Below are positions 45,835-61,452 of a stretch of DNA of 64,000 nucleotides, piece by piece (positions within the stretch are counted from its first letter, which is position 1; each line of letters opens with the position of its first letter). Where the stretch lies: assembly GCF_009914755.1 (NCBI RefSeq), contig NC_060940.1. One strand, given 5' to 3'. This DNA comes from the human T2T-CHM13v2.0 reference genome, Homo sapiens. Position numbers and translations under genes: made by a program. A model generated the notes under the pieces. The model saw nothing but the letters and a program-made list of their open reading frames with translations, was not told the origin of the DNA and made no database searches.

Positions 45835-46089
45835 AAGGACATGCCAAGCAGAGGAAAGCACATATGCAAAAGGTGCATAACCTTCGCCCACTTTTATGGG
45901 CTGGGAATGTCCCTCCCTTCTTTCCTCTCTGGGGAATACTAAGTCATCATCCAAAGCCCCAAAGGCACATCCCCTGTAAGGCCTTATTTGACTGTCCAAG
46001 AAGAAGCTCATCCCTCTTTCTCTGGCTCCCATAGCACTTTTCCCAAATACTTCCAGGGCACCTCAATTTTGCACCATACTTACATTCAG

Positions 46090-46135
46090 GTTTTTTGTTT
46101 TGTTCTGTTTTGTTTTTGAGACAGAGTCTTGCTCT
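46090..46135 (-). mobile_element. Tiny Alu 3' end plus tail
   Basis: TTTTGAGACAGAGTCTTGCTCT. Confidence 0.7.
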
Positions 46136-46274
46136 AGCCATGTAATTAAGCTTGTACTGTTCAACAATAAACATGGTATTTCATATTACTCAAGGTTGTT
46201 CATTGTAAATTAAATGTTCATTGGAAACTAAAATATCATTTTGCGTGTGACAAATTGAGCTCTCTTTCTTGCAT

Positions 46275-46571
46275 TGATGGCCTGTGAGTTGGATCTAGCC
46301 TGAGTATATTTTATTTGGCCCACATACTGTTTTACAAATTATGTTTCAGAGTTTCAAAACTCTAAACAAAAATCTAAAAATCATGAATATTTACATTTTT
46401 AAAAGCACATTTTAAAATCATATATTTTTTTTAATTCTGAAAAAGTAGATCTAGCAATGCAGAGTATCCATTCCTGAGAAACTGCTGAGTATTTTCCAGT
46501 TTTGCCTAGCCATACTTATTTATTCTGTTTCCTTCCTGGCCCCTCCAGGTATTTTAGTTTGCAACTCCTTG
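46275..46571 (+). mobile_element. MER102-like
   Basis: TTTTATTTGGCCCAC; AGATCTAGCAA; CCTGGCCCCT…AGTTTGCAACTCCT. Confidence 0.65.
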
Positions 46572-46715
46572 TTTAGTTTAACAAGTCAATCACAAAGGAA
46601 TCAACCATGAAATTGAAGATGTAGTCACCCAAGAGCATATTTTAATTTAAATTTAACATTAGCCAATGCTTCAGGCTAATGATGAACTAGCTGTTCCAAC
46701 AAAACACACACACAT

Positions 46716-46718
<3 letters not shown>

Positions 46719-46758
<40 letters not shown>
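46719..46758. repeat. (CA)20 microsatellite
   Basis: Perfect CA run, preceded by a short interrupted CA tract. Confidence 0.98.
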
Positions 46759-46761
<3 letters not shown>

Positions 46762-47419
46762 CATGGCTTCAGAATGAGTTCTATTAATTCAACCAAACAA
46801 ATACGTACTGAGTACCTACTATGTGTCAGAAACAATGTCAGGTGTTTTGATGACAACATCAACTTAATCCTTGCTCTCAAAAAGCCCAGGGACAAGTAGA
46901 GCAAATATACAACTGAATAGAAAATTGCAATGCAATGAAATAATCCATAGGTTAATGAGTGTATTACAGAAATTTTGATATGAAGTTTGTTCCCCCAGTT
47001 TTTAAAATGTGCAGAATCAATCTAGGAAGCAAAGGTGCATGGAATAAAAGCTTACAACTGCCTTTCTCTTTGGGTTTGAAGAAGTCTTTACAGATCTGGA
47101 GGAGATCTGTAAGTGACTCACTTAAGGTCAATGGTTGACATTATGTGCAGACCTAGAACTCAAGAACTGGGCAGGTGTCTTGTCTTTTGTTTGTTTGTTT
47201 TTGGCAGGACAGATACTAATTCCCTCCTACTGACTTGAAAAGTGGATTGCCCCTTTGCTGAAAAATTTAGAAAACATTATTAGGACATAGTTAGCTTCAG
47301 GCCACTCCTTTATAATATCTCTTGATTTATCTGAGATCATTATGATGGCAAAACGTGGACTGAAAGATATTTGTCTTGTGGGCCTTCATCTAGAACATCT
47401 GCCTGAGTAATGATAATTT

Positions 47420-47790
47420 GTGTTCTTGGGGGTCAGCCTGGAAGTGAGTCTTTAGTGTGATGCCACAGGATCATTATATCAATTAAGGGCTTGGTGGAGG
47501 CTCTAGTGGTCATGCTGATCCAATCTGTATTTGACAAAATTCGGAATGGAACAGCTAATATTCAAAATGAAGGAATCTAATTCAGAAAGATCTCACTAGA
47601 CTGAAACATTGGGCACAAGCCAAAAGATGAGCATTAACCAGGATAAATATTACCTTTTTAAAAATCAATTGCTCAAGTAGAGAATGGAGAAGATCTGGCT
47701 TGGCTGTGGTTCCCATGAGAAAGACCTGGGATGTGTTGGAGGCTTGTGCGAGCCAAAAGCAATACAATGCCATAAAAAGACACCAATAGA
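47420..47790 (+). mobile_element. L3/CR1 reverse-transcriptase relic
   Basis: Decayed SGVPQGS-like (AGTGTGATGCCACAGGATC), IQKDL (ATTCAGAAAGATCTC) and EKDLG (GAGAAAGACCTGGGA) motifs. Confidence 0.65.
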
Positions 47791-47794
47791 GAAA

Positions 47795-48300
47795 ACTCTT
47801 TCAGTTAATAAATGAGAGAAATCCAAATCAAATTGATTAAAGTAATATGGAGAACTTATTGGATCATATACCTAAAAAGACCAGTAGTGAACTCTAAATA
47901 TTAGTCATGTTTTAATATGTATCAACCAACCTCCAAATCTCAGTGGCTCTCAAGAACAAACATTTGGGTCCATGGGGCACCTTGGCTTGGCTGGACCAAG
48001 CTGGACTCAGGACTTCTGGTTGCTTCTGAGTGCTCCCTGGGTCTTCAGTCTGGCTCCCATCCAGAGAGACAGTGGCAACTTGGGTAGGGTCATTTCATGG
48101 CTAATCACAGGAGATAAAAGGGCAAATGGAAATGTAAATGCTTTAGGTTCTCTGCTTGGAACTAGCAAACCTCACTACTGCTCACATCCTGTTGGCCACA
48201 ACGAATCTTGTGACTGGGACCACATCAGTGGAGTTCAGAATTAAAATCCATCCTATTTATTAGGAGGTATTGTGGTTGCATGGAAAAGATCACAGATGTG
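47795..48300 (-). mobile_element. Nested old MLT1 LTR fragments
   Basis: AATCCAAATCAAATTG…TTATTGGATCAT; CCAAATCTCAGTGGCT. Confidence 0.5.
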
Positions 48301-48303
48301 TAA

Positions 48304-48601
<298 letters not shown>

Positions 48602-48613
48602 AATATGTAATTC

Positions 48614-48940
<327 letters not shown>

Positions 48941-49094
48941 CCCGACCAATGTGTAATTCTAATACACTTTGTGTACTAGAGAAGGAGTGATTCAGTCTCC
49001 CTCATTCTGGCTACAGTAAGTCTGGATTCAGAAATTCAAATGATGCCAACAGGAGTCTATTTCTTTCTTCTGTCTGCTTTCCACTATATTGACT

Positions 49095-49568
49095 TTAAGT
49101 ACTAAAGTTATCTACACTTACAGCTTACTGCCTACCTTAACATGAACTTACTATTCTACTGTTTTCATCAACATAATTTTACTGTTCCAGGAAACTCTTG
49201 CCCAGCAAGATCAAAGTTGCAAACAGCTTTATTGTTCATTCAAGGAACTTTATGAAAGACCTATCAATTCTCCAACTGACAGCATTAAACAATAATTTAT
49301 AGCCAAGAGTCTTAGAATTGCTCATCTCACATCTCTCATTTCCCTGTGTGTACCAATCCTTAACTATTATATTGCAATCCTTACCAATTCTAAGTCATTA
49401 CATCAAAGTCCCACCTTACATCAGACTCCAAAATCTCAATAAATATATCTATTTTGTCCTTCCTCCTCTGAGATGCTACTACAACTCTATCAAGATAGTG
49501 CTCTTTCTTCTCGTGGTAAAACTCAACTCAACGTTGTCTTATCAGCAGGTTGTTTTGAGGAGCCAGCA
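49095..49568 (+). mobile_element. ERV1-class LTR (MER67-like)
   Basis: AATCTCAATAAATAT…CCTCTGAGATGCTACT…ACTCTATCAAG…TTGTCTTATCAGCAGGTTGTTTTG. Confidence 0.55.
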
Positions 49569-49840
49569 TTCAATAGCCTCATTCTCAAGCCACTAGACAG
49601 CAAAGGTGGCCACCAAACCCTTCAGATTTACGTTATTAAAAGCAGAGTATCCCTATACGAAAGAACAAAAGCTGTTTCTTGGTAGCACCAGCAAAAGTCC
49701 TACGCAAGGCTTTGATAGGCCCAAGTCAAATCACATGCCCAACCCTAAATCTAGGAGTCTTTGGGGATATTGTGCTGTGATAATCTTTGCCTGAATTCTT
49801 GGCTACTGCTGAAGGTGAGAATGGAATATAACCCTCCTGG

Positions 49841-50148
<308 letters not shown>

Positions 50149-50696
50149 TCATATGGACTGAAAATAGAGGAGATGTGGTTCCCCAGAGGAAAATGCAGCA
50201 TTTGCTGCCAGGAGAAGGAACAATGGTCATTGAGTAGATAAAAATGACAAATATTTGTTATACTATCTTAGTCGGCCATACCAATAGAAACTACGAGGTC
50301 ACAAATAAGAAGAGAAAAGCTTTACTGCATTGTTTAATGCTGATTTCTACAGCATTAAACTATAGTGTATCCAGAAGACAGAGCACTACTAGTGAGGGAG
50401 TAGGCACCAGTTTAATGGTGAAGCCTCCAAAGTTTATCATGAACAAGCTCTGTGGCACAGAGCTCCTAAAACCCTTTTAGGTTGATGATAGTAGCATCTT
50501 TGCTTCCAACGAGGAGACTATTGATGAGTTCCCAGACAGCTTTAGGGCGAGGCTAGTCCATTACTTTTATTGGCGAAAATAGCTATTACTCCTGCACCAA
50601 CCTTAATAATTGGAAGTTTGGAACGTTCAGCCTCAGGCTCCAACTCCCAGGGAGGGGAGAGGCACTGACATTGAATTAATCCCCGATGGCCAATGA

Positions 50697-51072
<376 letters not shown>

Positions 51073-51213
51073 ACCATTGGAGAGCTTCTTGATGGGTAAC
51101 ACATTCAGGTGCTGGGCGGGTGGCACACCTGGGGAGAGTGTGGAGGCTCTGTGCCCCCGCCTGCATACCCTGTCCTATGCATCTCTTCCATTTGTCTGTT
51201 CCTGCATTGTATC

Positions 51214-51523
51214 TTTTTTTTTTTTTTTTTTTTTTTTTTTGAGATGGAATCTTACTCTGTTGCCCAAGCTGGAGTGCAGTGGTGCGATCTCGGCTCACTA
51301 TACCTCTGCCTCCCAGGTTCAAGTGATTATCCTGCCTTAGCCTCCTGAGTAGCTGGGACTACAGGCACACATCACAACACCCAGCAAATTTTTTTTTTTT
51401 TTTTTTAGTAGAGATGGGGTTTCACCATGTTAGCCAGGATGGTCTCGATCTCCTGACCTCGTGATCCGCCCCCCTCGGCCATCCAAAGTGCTGGGATTAC
51501 AGGCATGAGTCACTGCACCCAGC
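51214..51523 (-). mobile_element. AluSc/Y-like
   Basis: TSD TTGTATCTTTT; expanded T-run in the middle linker. Confidence 0.96.
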
Positions 51524-52108
51524 AAGTTGTATCTTTTATAATAAACTGGCAATAGTAAGTAAAATATTGTCTTACTTTGTGTGAGTTGTTCTAGCAAATT
51601 TTCAAACCCGATGAGGGGTTGAGGGAACCTCTGAATTTGTAGTTGGACAGAAGTGTGTGTAACTGGAGTCCTGATACTTGCAACTGGTGTCTGAAGTAGG
51701 GGCAGTTTCTGGGACCACGCCCTGAAACCTCCACTCCACGTGGAGTCTGACACTGATGCCAGGAGGTTAGTGTCAGAAGTGAACTGCATTGCAGGAAACC
51801 CACTTGGTTTTGGAGAGATGGAGAGGTGTTGAAAACAGCACCATGTATTGGTATAAGGAGAAAACAAAGTTCAAAGGGGGAGATCTTAACGGTATGTCAT
51901 ACATAAAAGAAAATAAACCTGACTCACACCTGATCCATTCAATTCAATATAAAAAAAAAATGGGCTTCAAGTTCATTTGCTTCATAGTATTCTTTGATTT
52001 CAGTAACTAGTTGACAACTTCTCTACCAGATCCTGACCATAGCAAAAGTTCTATGCCAAGCACCGGGTCAGATGCTAGAGCCACATCTTAGAAAAGACGC
52101 TGACCACG

Positions 52109-52785
52109 TGATTAGTGGTGGACGAGATCCAAGTTACCCTGAGTTACCAGCAGCATATCCATGCGGATGTGCAGCAACTTCAGTCCGTCCATCCTCAGAA
52201 GAAAGAATTCAACTGAGGGACATAAAGCAGAAAAAGAGACCGAGGCAAGTTTCAGAGCAGGAATAGAAGTGTATTTAAAAAGGCTTTAGAACAAGAAAGA
52301 AAGGAAGGTGCACTTGGAAGAGACCCAAGCGGGCACATGAAGGTTAAACAGAAAAGAAGCATGTCTACCCTTGATACTCGGACTTCATAAGCTCGCCTCT
52401 TTCCCATGATTCTTTCCTGAGGGTGGGCTTCCCTCCTGCACAGTGTCCTCCTTACCCTCAGGAACTGAGCACATGCAGTGTGTTTAGGAAGTTGTACATA
52501 TGCCCATCTGAAGTTCTCTTTTTCTGGTGGAGCGTCACTGGAAGGTCATAGTTCACCATTTTCTCTCTTAGTGTGTATGTCCCGGATGTTTTCCTCCCCA
52601 GCATCTGCGTTCAATTAACACTTTAATGTTAATAGCTGTGGATCATCAGGAAATGGCCTTTCCCTGGCACCCTCAGTGGGCTTCTGAATTATCATTTTTA
52701 GACAGGCGGTGTGATCATCATCGAACCATGACCTGACACTCCTAGTGAGTGTGGGGAGAACCCCTCTGCCCATCTACCTGGAACA
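52109..52785 (-). mobile_element. MER50 solo LTR (ERV1)
   Basis: CCTCAGAAGAAAGAATTCAACTGAGG…GCAGAAAAAGAGACCGAGGCAAGTTTCAGAGCAGG…CTTGGAAGAGACCCAAGCGGGC. Confidence 0.88.
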
Positions 52786-52795
52786 ATATGAGCTA

Positions 52796-53118
<323 letters not shown>

Positions 53119-54599
53119 TGCAAAATTTAGAAATAAGGCCAAAAAACACAGCATGACGCTCGATATCATGCCAGGCCATTGCCTAATAGGCCTGTTCACT
53201 CGAGGATTATTTAATTCTCTTAGAAAAAGTATCTGCATTGGCTTTGCTATTTAGTCTATCATTAGAAACCAAATACTATGAAGTTATGTTTCTTCTTGTA
53301 AATTCCTATGAAGTAGAAAAGACGGCTCTACAGGTACACTTTTATTTCTCTGTAGGACATTGCCCAGTTTTGTATCTAACCTAGCAATCTTGTCCTAAAG
53401 TTCTTCTTTACAAAATGCCTATAAATACCCAGTTCTTCGAACTGCTCTTTGAGCAAGTTTTACCATTGTACTGATTCTTTCATTAAAGAGTGAAATAAAA
53501 TCTTGGCATGTGTTCAATTTATATTTGCACAGGAGTCATGGTTTTCACTTTTTGAAAAGTATTCTTTGATAGAATTTTCTAGGCTACTAAGAGAGAGACA
53601 TTAAACAAATTACATTTGGGAAGGGTATTAAGAAGTAATTATAGTGTGTTATCCTGCAAGAAAAGGATTTCACATAGTGTAAGAATTGGGAATGGCTTCC
53701 CTGAAAACGTGACATTTCTTGATGCGTGAATGAGAATCAAGTGATGGAAGGAAAATTTGGAGCCAGGCATGGGCCTGCTTCAAAGACCCAAGGCCAAGGG
53801 TAAATGAGAGGTGCATCCAGATAGCACCAATAGGTAGAAACCATCCAGGGCACATTTTTCACTAGAGGGGTTTGAATCAGAGTTCCTGGGTCTCCAGGGA
53901 TGTCAGAATCCCAAAAACGAGGATGGACTCTTAAGCCTCTGCATCTCTGGTTAGGCTTGCACATGACTTTGGCTTCTGTGTAAGTTGTCAAATGACTCCC
54001 ACAAAATAGCTCAGAAGCTGATCCCTGGACTCAGCATCATTGGAACTACTTCATAGCTCAAGTTTCAGGGAGCAGGAAGCAGTTTCCTTCTCCTGGACTG
54101 AAGGACCACGGGAGAAGGGAAGCACATTGCATAGGCCCAACAGAAAACACCAGGCTCTCATTGCCTGTGTCACACAGAGGCCTCTTTAAATCTGCATCCG
54201 GTTAAAGGGAGTAGCTGCCATCACGTGGGCTCACTCTGATCCCTGTCTCTTCTTTGTAGCTGAGGGGAGGTTGGATAATAAGCCCCAACAGCTTCTCATT
54301 TGGTTGCAAATTTCAGAAGACAAAGGGAAAATAAGAAAAGCCAGGGTTACTGTTGCCAGGATATTAAGCCACTCATGATAACACAAGTTAACTAGAATGC
54401 AGTAGAATGAGGTGGCTTGTCATCTGGGCTGGCTGGGCCCTGACTTCTCAGACACAGAAAGGTCTTTGTGAGGGAATTTGGACCTGGGGGATTTGGGGAC
54501 TAAGTACTGTGTTCATCAGGCAATCAATCCAAGCAATTATCAGCCACAAAAACAAATATGTTTGGATTTTCGACACTCATAGGAGAGGAGCAACACATT

Positions 54600-54899
<300 letters not shown>

Positions 54900-55045
54900 A
54901 AGGGAGGAGCAATTCAGAATGGCAAAAACAGAGCTGACACTGTTTGTAGACATACAGACCTGGGTTTGAATCCTGACTCTGTCTTTAGAACCTTTCACAA
55001 CTAGACCCAACTTCACCGCTGTGGGGGATAACAATAGTTGCCAGC

Positions 55046-55412
55046 TCTTATGGAGTGAATGTTAGTGTCTCTCCCATCAAATCCTACCCGTGATGTGATG
55101 GTACTAGGAGGTGGGACCTTTGGGAGGTAATTAGAAGTAGATGAGATCATGAGGGTGGGGCCTCGACAAATGGGATTTGTGCCTTATAAGAGTCAAAAGA
55201 GAACTTGCGTCTTCTCTCTGCTCTCTGCCATGTGAGGACACAGGGAGAGGTCAGTGGTCCACAACCCAGAAGACAGCCTCCACCAGAGCTCAACCATGCT
55301 GGCACCCTGATACCGGACTTCCAACCTCCAGAACAGTAAGAAATAAACTTCTGTTGTTTATAAGCCACCTAGTTAATAATATTTCATTACCGCAGCCCAA
55401 GCTGATGAAACA
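55046..55412 (+). mobile_element. MLT1A solo LTR inserted in a MIR
   Basis: GGAGGTGGGACCTTTGGGAGGTAATTAG; GCCATGTGAGGACAC; CATGCTGGCACCCTGAT; AGAAATAAACTTCTGTTGTTTATAAGCCACC. Confidence 0.88.
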
Positions 55413-56211
55413 CTACCTCATGGGGCCAATCTGAGCGTTAGGTGAGATAATTCATGCAAAATGCTTAGTTTAGCGTCTGGCATGTAGGAAAGGTTCAACT
55501 AATCTTATCTATCATTATTATAACTATAATAATAATACCAGGATCATCAGAGTCTGTCTATACATTTTCATTGCTGTCAAGTCTTGATTTCAGATTTTAG
55601 TCTTGATTTTCTATTGCGAGTTTCATCTTCAACCAGTTTTAAAGAGCATGTCAGCAGTGTTTTCAGGGAAGACACAAGGAGTTTTGATGCCTGGCATTAA
55701 AACTTTGAGAAACTAAGGATTGGGTGGTTGTAAAGCTGAGAGAGGACAGTGTGGGTGATCAGCTCGTCTGTTTGTCTGGGTCCTTCTCTGTTTTCGTTTT
55801 AGATATTTTCCAGAAAATCCCGTTTCCTGGGAAACCCCAAAGTCCTAAGCCAGCCAGGGCAGCTGGTCATCTTAACTATAGAACTAATTCAAGGCTGCAC
55901 GGTAATTCACAGAACCAGCACATGACCCCAGGCCTCCTGACACCCAGGTTACAGGGTGCCTTTATCATGTCATTTTTACCAACATCTTGTCCTTGGGTGG
56001 CCCGAGGAGGGGCACATACAGATAGAAGTTCCGATGTGTAGGCTTTGGGACATAGTTTTTTCAACTGATACTACACATCAATAAGACGGACTGGGAAGAC
56101 TCCTGCAGCAAACCACAAGATGCTTTCTAAATGGCAGGAGCTACTTAGCAATGGCCAATCATAGCTCTGTGAATAATGTGAGCCCAGCATTGTCAGATAT
56201 TATACTGATTA

Positions 56212-56535
<324 letters not shown>

Positions 56536-56552
56536 GATATCTGAAATTTTAA

Positions 56553-56834
<282 letters not shown>

Positions 56835-56959
56835 TCAATTTTCAAATACTGACAACTAATTCTATTAGAAAAAAATCCTATAGAGTCAAACAAAACACGT
56901 TAGTGGGCCAGATGAAGCTTGCCAGCCATCGGTTTACAAACTTGATTTACACCATGCTC

Positions 56960-57860
56960 TTCCCCACTTCAGGGCCTTTTCACGTGCTGGTCTCCCTGCC
57001 TGGTATATTGTTTCCTGCTCACCTTTTCACATGGACCACACGCTCGATTTTCTTGCCACCTTTGGAAGGTCCCAGGGCTCTGTTCTTGCACTTCTCTTTT
57101 GAGTCTATATTCACTTCCTTGTTCACTCATCCTCATGTCCTTAAACATCATCTTGAAGTTAACAACTCCCAGATTTTATCACCAGCCTAGAATTCCCTCC
57201 TGCACTTCTGACCCAAATAGTCAGCTGCCTGCTCAACATCTGTCCTTGATGTCTAATGGACACTTAAAATTTGTCTTCCAAAACTAAACTTTTAATCATG
57301 CACCTCCAAATCTATTCGTTGCCAGTCTCGCTAAGTGCTGACAGCATTCTTCCATTTCTCCAGCCAAAATTGGAGGCATGCTTGGCTCCTCTCTTTCTGT
57401 CATATCTCAAATCACTTCTTCAGTAGATCCTGTTGGTTCTTTCTTCACAATGCATTCAGAATCCATGGTCTTCTCCATCCTTGGTCTACATCACCACAAT
57501 CCATCACCTGGATTTGAAAAATAGCCTCCACCCTGGACTCCTGGCTTCTGTCCGTGCTCCTCTCAAGTGTGATATCTATACAGCAGCCAGGTGATCCTGT
57601 GAAATGTAAGTCATGATGTCTCTGCTCATACCCTTCCTATGATCCTCATTGCATTCAGATGAAAAGCCGAACCAACCTCCCAGTGTCTAATAATCTGCCC
57701 TCCTCCCCATCCCATCTCTGACTTAAATTTCTACTGGCTACCTTGCTGTTGTTATCATTGGTTGTTATTTTCCAAAATGCTTTTCCTCCGGGGAATCATG
57801 TGGACCATGTCCTTGCCCCCTTCAGAGCATTACTCAGATGTCACCTTTACAGTGAGACCG
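56960..57860 (+). mobile_element. L2 fragments
   Basis: CTGCCTGCTCAACATCT…TTGATGTCTAATGGACACTTAAA; ACAGCAGCCAG; CTCAGATGTCACCTT. Confidence 0.7.
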
Positions 57861-58426
57861 ACCTTTAAAATTCAAAATTTGCAATTGCCACTGTTGACAA
57901 AAAGAGTCCAACTCTATAAAATCGTTTGAAGGGATTTTTTTCTGAGCCAAATGTGAGTGACCAATGCCCCATGACACAGCCCTCAGGAGATCCTGAGAAC
58001 CTGTGCCCAAGGTGGTCAGGATACAGCTTGGCTTTACACATTTTAGGGAGACAGAAGGAATCAATCATCACATGGAAGATGTACATTGGTTCCGTCCGGA
58101 AAGATGGAACAACTGGAAGTGGGGAGCTTCCCGGTCGTAGGTAGATTTAAAGATTTTCTAATTGACAATTGGGTGAAAGTGTTAAATAATTATCTAAAGA
58201 CCTACAATCAATAGAAAGGAATGTCTGGGTTATGATAAGGGGCTGTGGAGACCAAGGTTTCATCATGCAGGTGAAACCTCCAGGTAGCAGGCTTCAGAGA
58301 GAATAGCCTGCAAATGTTTCTTATCAGAGTAGATTCTCTCCTGGATCAGCAAAAGGAAAGAAAAGGAGGGGGATTCTCATAGAATGTAGATTTCACCATC
58401 CACCCCCCTCCGGCCCCCACCAGTCA

Positions 58427-58813
<387 letters not shown>

Positions 58814-59686
58814 TTTCCTTCTTAATCTGTCATATGTTGTTATGTGACAATAACCCGGTTTTAGCTGAGAATGTTCTACAACAATTTGACTGGCTTAAGT
58901 TCAGGGTCTTGCTGGACAGCCAAAACTCAGTTATAACATAGATGCTATTTCCATGAAAACCTAAATTCTGTTTGAGTGGCAATCTCTAATTGTCAGGTTT
59001 GGGGATGCAAAAGCAAAAACAAAAGGAAGAGAAAGACTTAGAAGGAAAGGGAAAAGAGGATGGGAAATGGAGAATATGAGAGAGAATATATTTAGTCAGA
59101 AGAAATAGCTCACAAAAATAGTCCCTGGGGATTAAAAAGTAGGATTTACTGCTTCCACTACCAGTGATTAAGAAGCAAGAGATGTTCTGTGTTCGGCGCT
59201 CTGAAGAATATAGAGGAAAGAGCTTCTGTTTTGTTCATAAGACATATTTGACTTTAAATCCCAGCCCTTCTGTTTCACAGCTGTGTAACTTTGGCAAAGT
59301 CATGCAGCCTCTCTATGCTTCCAAGTTTGATGGTGCCTACCTCAAAGCACTATTGTGAAGAGTAAGTGAGAGATGCAATTTATATATCCAAATTATATAA
59401 TGGGTATGGAGCGCCTATTATACAGACAGTAGGGTCTTGACTGAAGACGAAGGTGCGTATGGTCTTACCCAGGAAGTGAAGGCGGGTGGGGTGTACAAGT
59501 GCCCAGGTCCAAGCCCTGAGAAACTTCAGCATAGGAGTGCTGGAGAGGAAGGTGAAAGATAAGGCAGCAAAAGATACTGAAGTAACTAGAAAGATCACAG
59601 AAAAACCATCAAAGAGTAGCATTACTGAAGCCAGGGAAAGATTGTTTCAAGATAGCTCTCAGGGTGTAATAAAAAGCAAAGACTGA

Positions 59687-59991
<305 letters not shown>

Positions 59992-60454
59992 AAAAATAAC
60001 CTTTTATAATATGTGTAGCCATTAAAAATGAGGTATTGCTAAAATGGTGAACGTTGTATTTGTGCTTCATGGGAAGAAGCAGATGACAAAACATTTATAT
60101 ATTTATAGGTAAAAGATGCTGACTGAGCTTCTGTTTATTAAGTGCATTTATTCAACAAATATCCATTGAGAGCTTGCTGCATTTTGTGCTCTGTTCTAGG
60201 TGCTAGGGTTATGAGGTTGAATAAGACAGCCATGGTCCTTGTCCTCATGGTGTTTATATCTCACTGTGCGTGTGTGTATGTGAGATCATACATACATACA
60301 TACATATCTGTGCCTTGGGTTGGAAATGAGATATATGCAATGGGTAATGAAATTGGACAAAATCACATTTATGCATATGCATACTGCATATACCACAAAA
60401 TATAGCAGACTATGTAACAAATATTCATGATAATTCATCCAAGTGGTGGGATGC

Positions 60455-60690
60455 TGTTTGAGTGGTTAAGAGCTCAAGTTTTAAGGTAGGATAACATGCA
60501 TTCAACTTAGTTTCGTTACCTAATAGCTGCCTAATTAAGCAAGCTATTTGACCCCAGTCAACCTGTTTCCTTTTCTCTAAAATGAAGATAATGCTGGTCT
60601 CTATCTTGTAATACTGTGGTGAGAATGAAATTATATAAGTATATGCTTAATTCAGTTTCTGGCACATAGGAAGTGCTTGATAAGTAGCCA
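60455..60690 (+). mobile_element. MIR
   Basis: GAGTGGTTAAGAGC head; CTGTTTCCT…CTAAAATG core; CTGGCACATAG tail. Confidence 0.75.
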
Positions 60691-61096
60691 TTATTTTTAC
60701 CAGTGTTTGGCTTGCTTGGATTTTACAATTTTTTGTATAATATAAATATGTTCTTTTTGGAGTTAGAAAACACCATAGAAGTTGTTTAAAACAATAATCT
60801 TTTGTTAGAGAGCAAGGATGAGCCAGTTGCCTGGAAACTGAATGCTTGCTTAAAGAGGCAAAAAGGAAGCTCATACTACATGACAGTTTGGTTGTGTCAA
60901 ATATTGGTGCTTTGCAAATTATTCTGTTGATGCTAAATCACAGAAGAATCTACCAATCACATCACCTAGGAGGGAAAGTGAAATGGACTAAACAAAGCAG
61001 AAAGCCCATTTCTGGACAGTGGTGTAACAAGGTGTCCATGAGAGAAACAAACATCATGGGACAGCTATGAACGCCCAGAGAGGACAAGTCACTTCC

Positions 61097-61452
61097 TGTA
61101 TTAGTCCATTTTCACACTGCCAATAAAGACATACCTGAGACTGGGTAATTTATAAAAGAAAGAGGTTTAATGGACTCACAGTTCCACATGGCTGCGGAGG
61201 ACTCACAATCACGGCACAAGGCAAAAGAGGAGCAGAGTCACGTCTTACATGGCAGCAGGCAAGAGAGCTTGTGCAGGGGAACTCTCATGTATAAAACCAT
61301 CAGATTTCATGAGACTTATTCACTACCGTGAAAACAGTATGGGGAAAATTGCCCCCATGATTCAATTATCTCCACCTGGCCCCAGCCTTGACACATGGGG
61401 ATTATTACAATTCAAGCTGAGATTTGGATGGGAACACAGACAAACCATATCA
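61097..61452 (-). mobile_element. THE1 (A/B-like) solo LTR
   Basis: TGTATTAGTCCATTTTCAC…CAAACCATATCA with perfect 5-bp TSD CTTCC at 61092-61096 and 61453-61457. Confidence 0.95.

Noticed and set aside
46719-46758. (CA)20 as something unusual
   Set aside because: It is an ordinary microsatellite, listed as a feature only.
51430-51867. 145-aa minus-strand ORF
   Set aside because: It is MER21 LTR plus Alu sequence.
53190-53510. Possible LTR remnant (CCTATAAATA…AATAAA)
   Set aside because: I could not match it to a family or find termini or a TSD.
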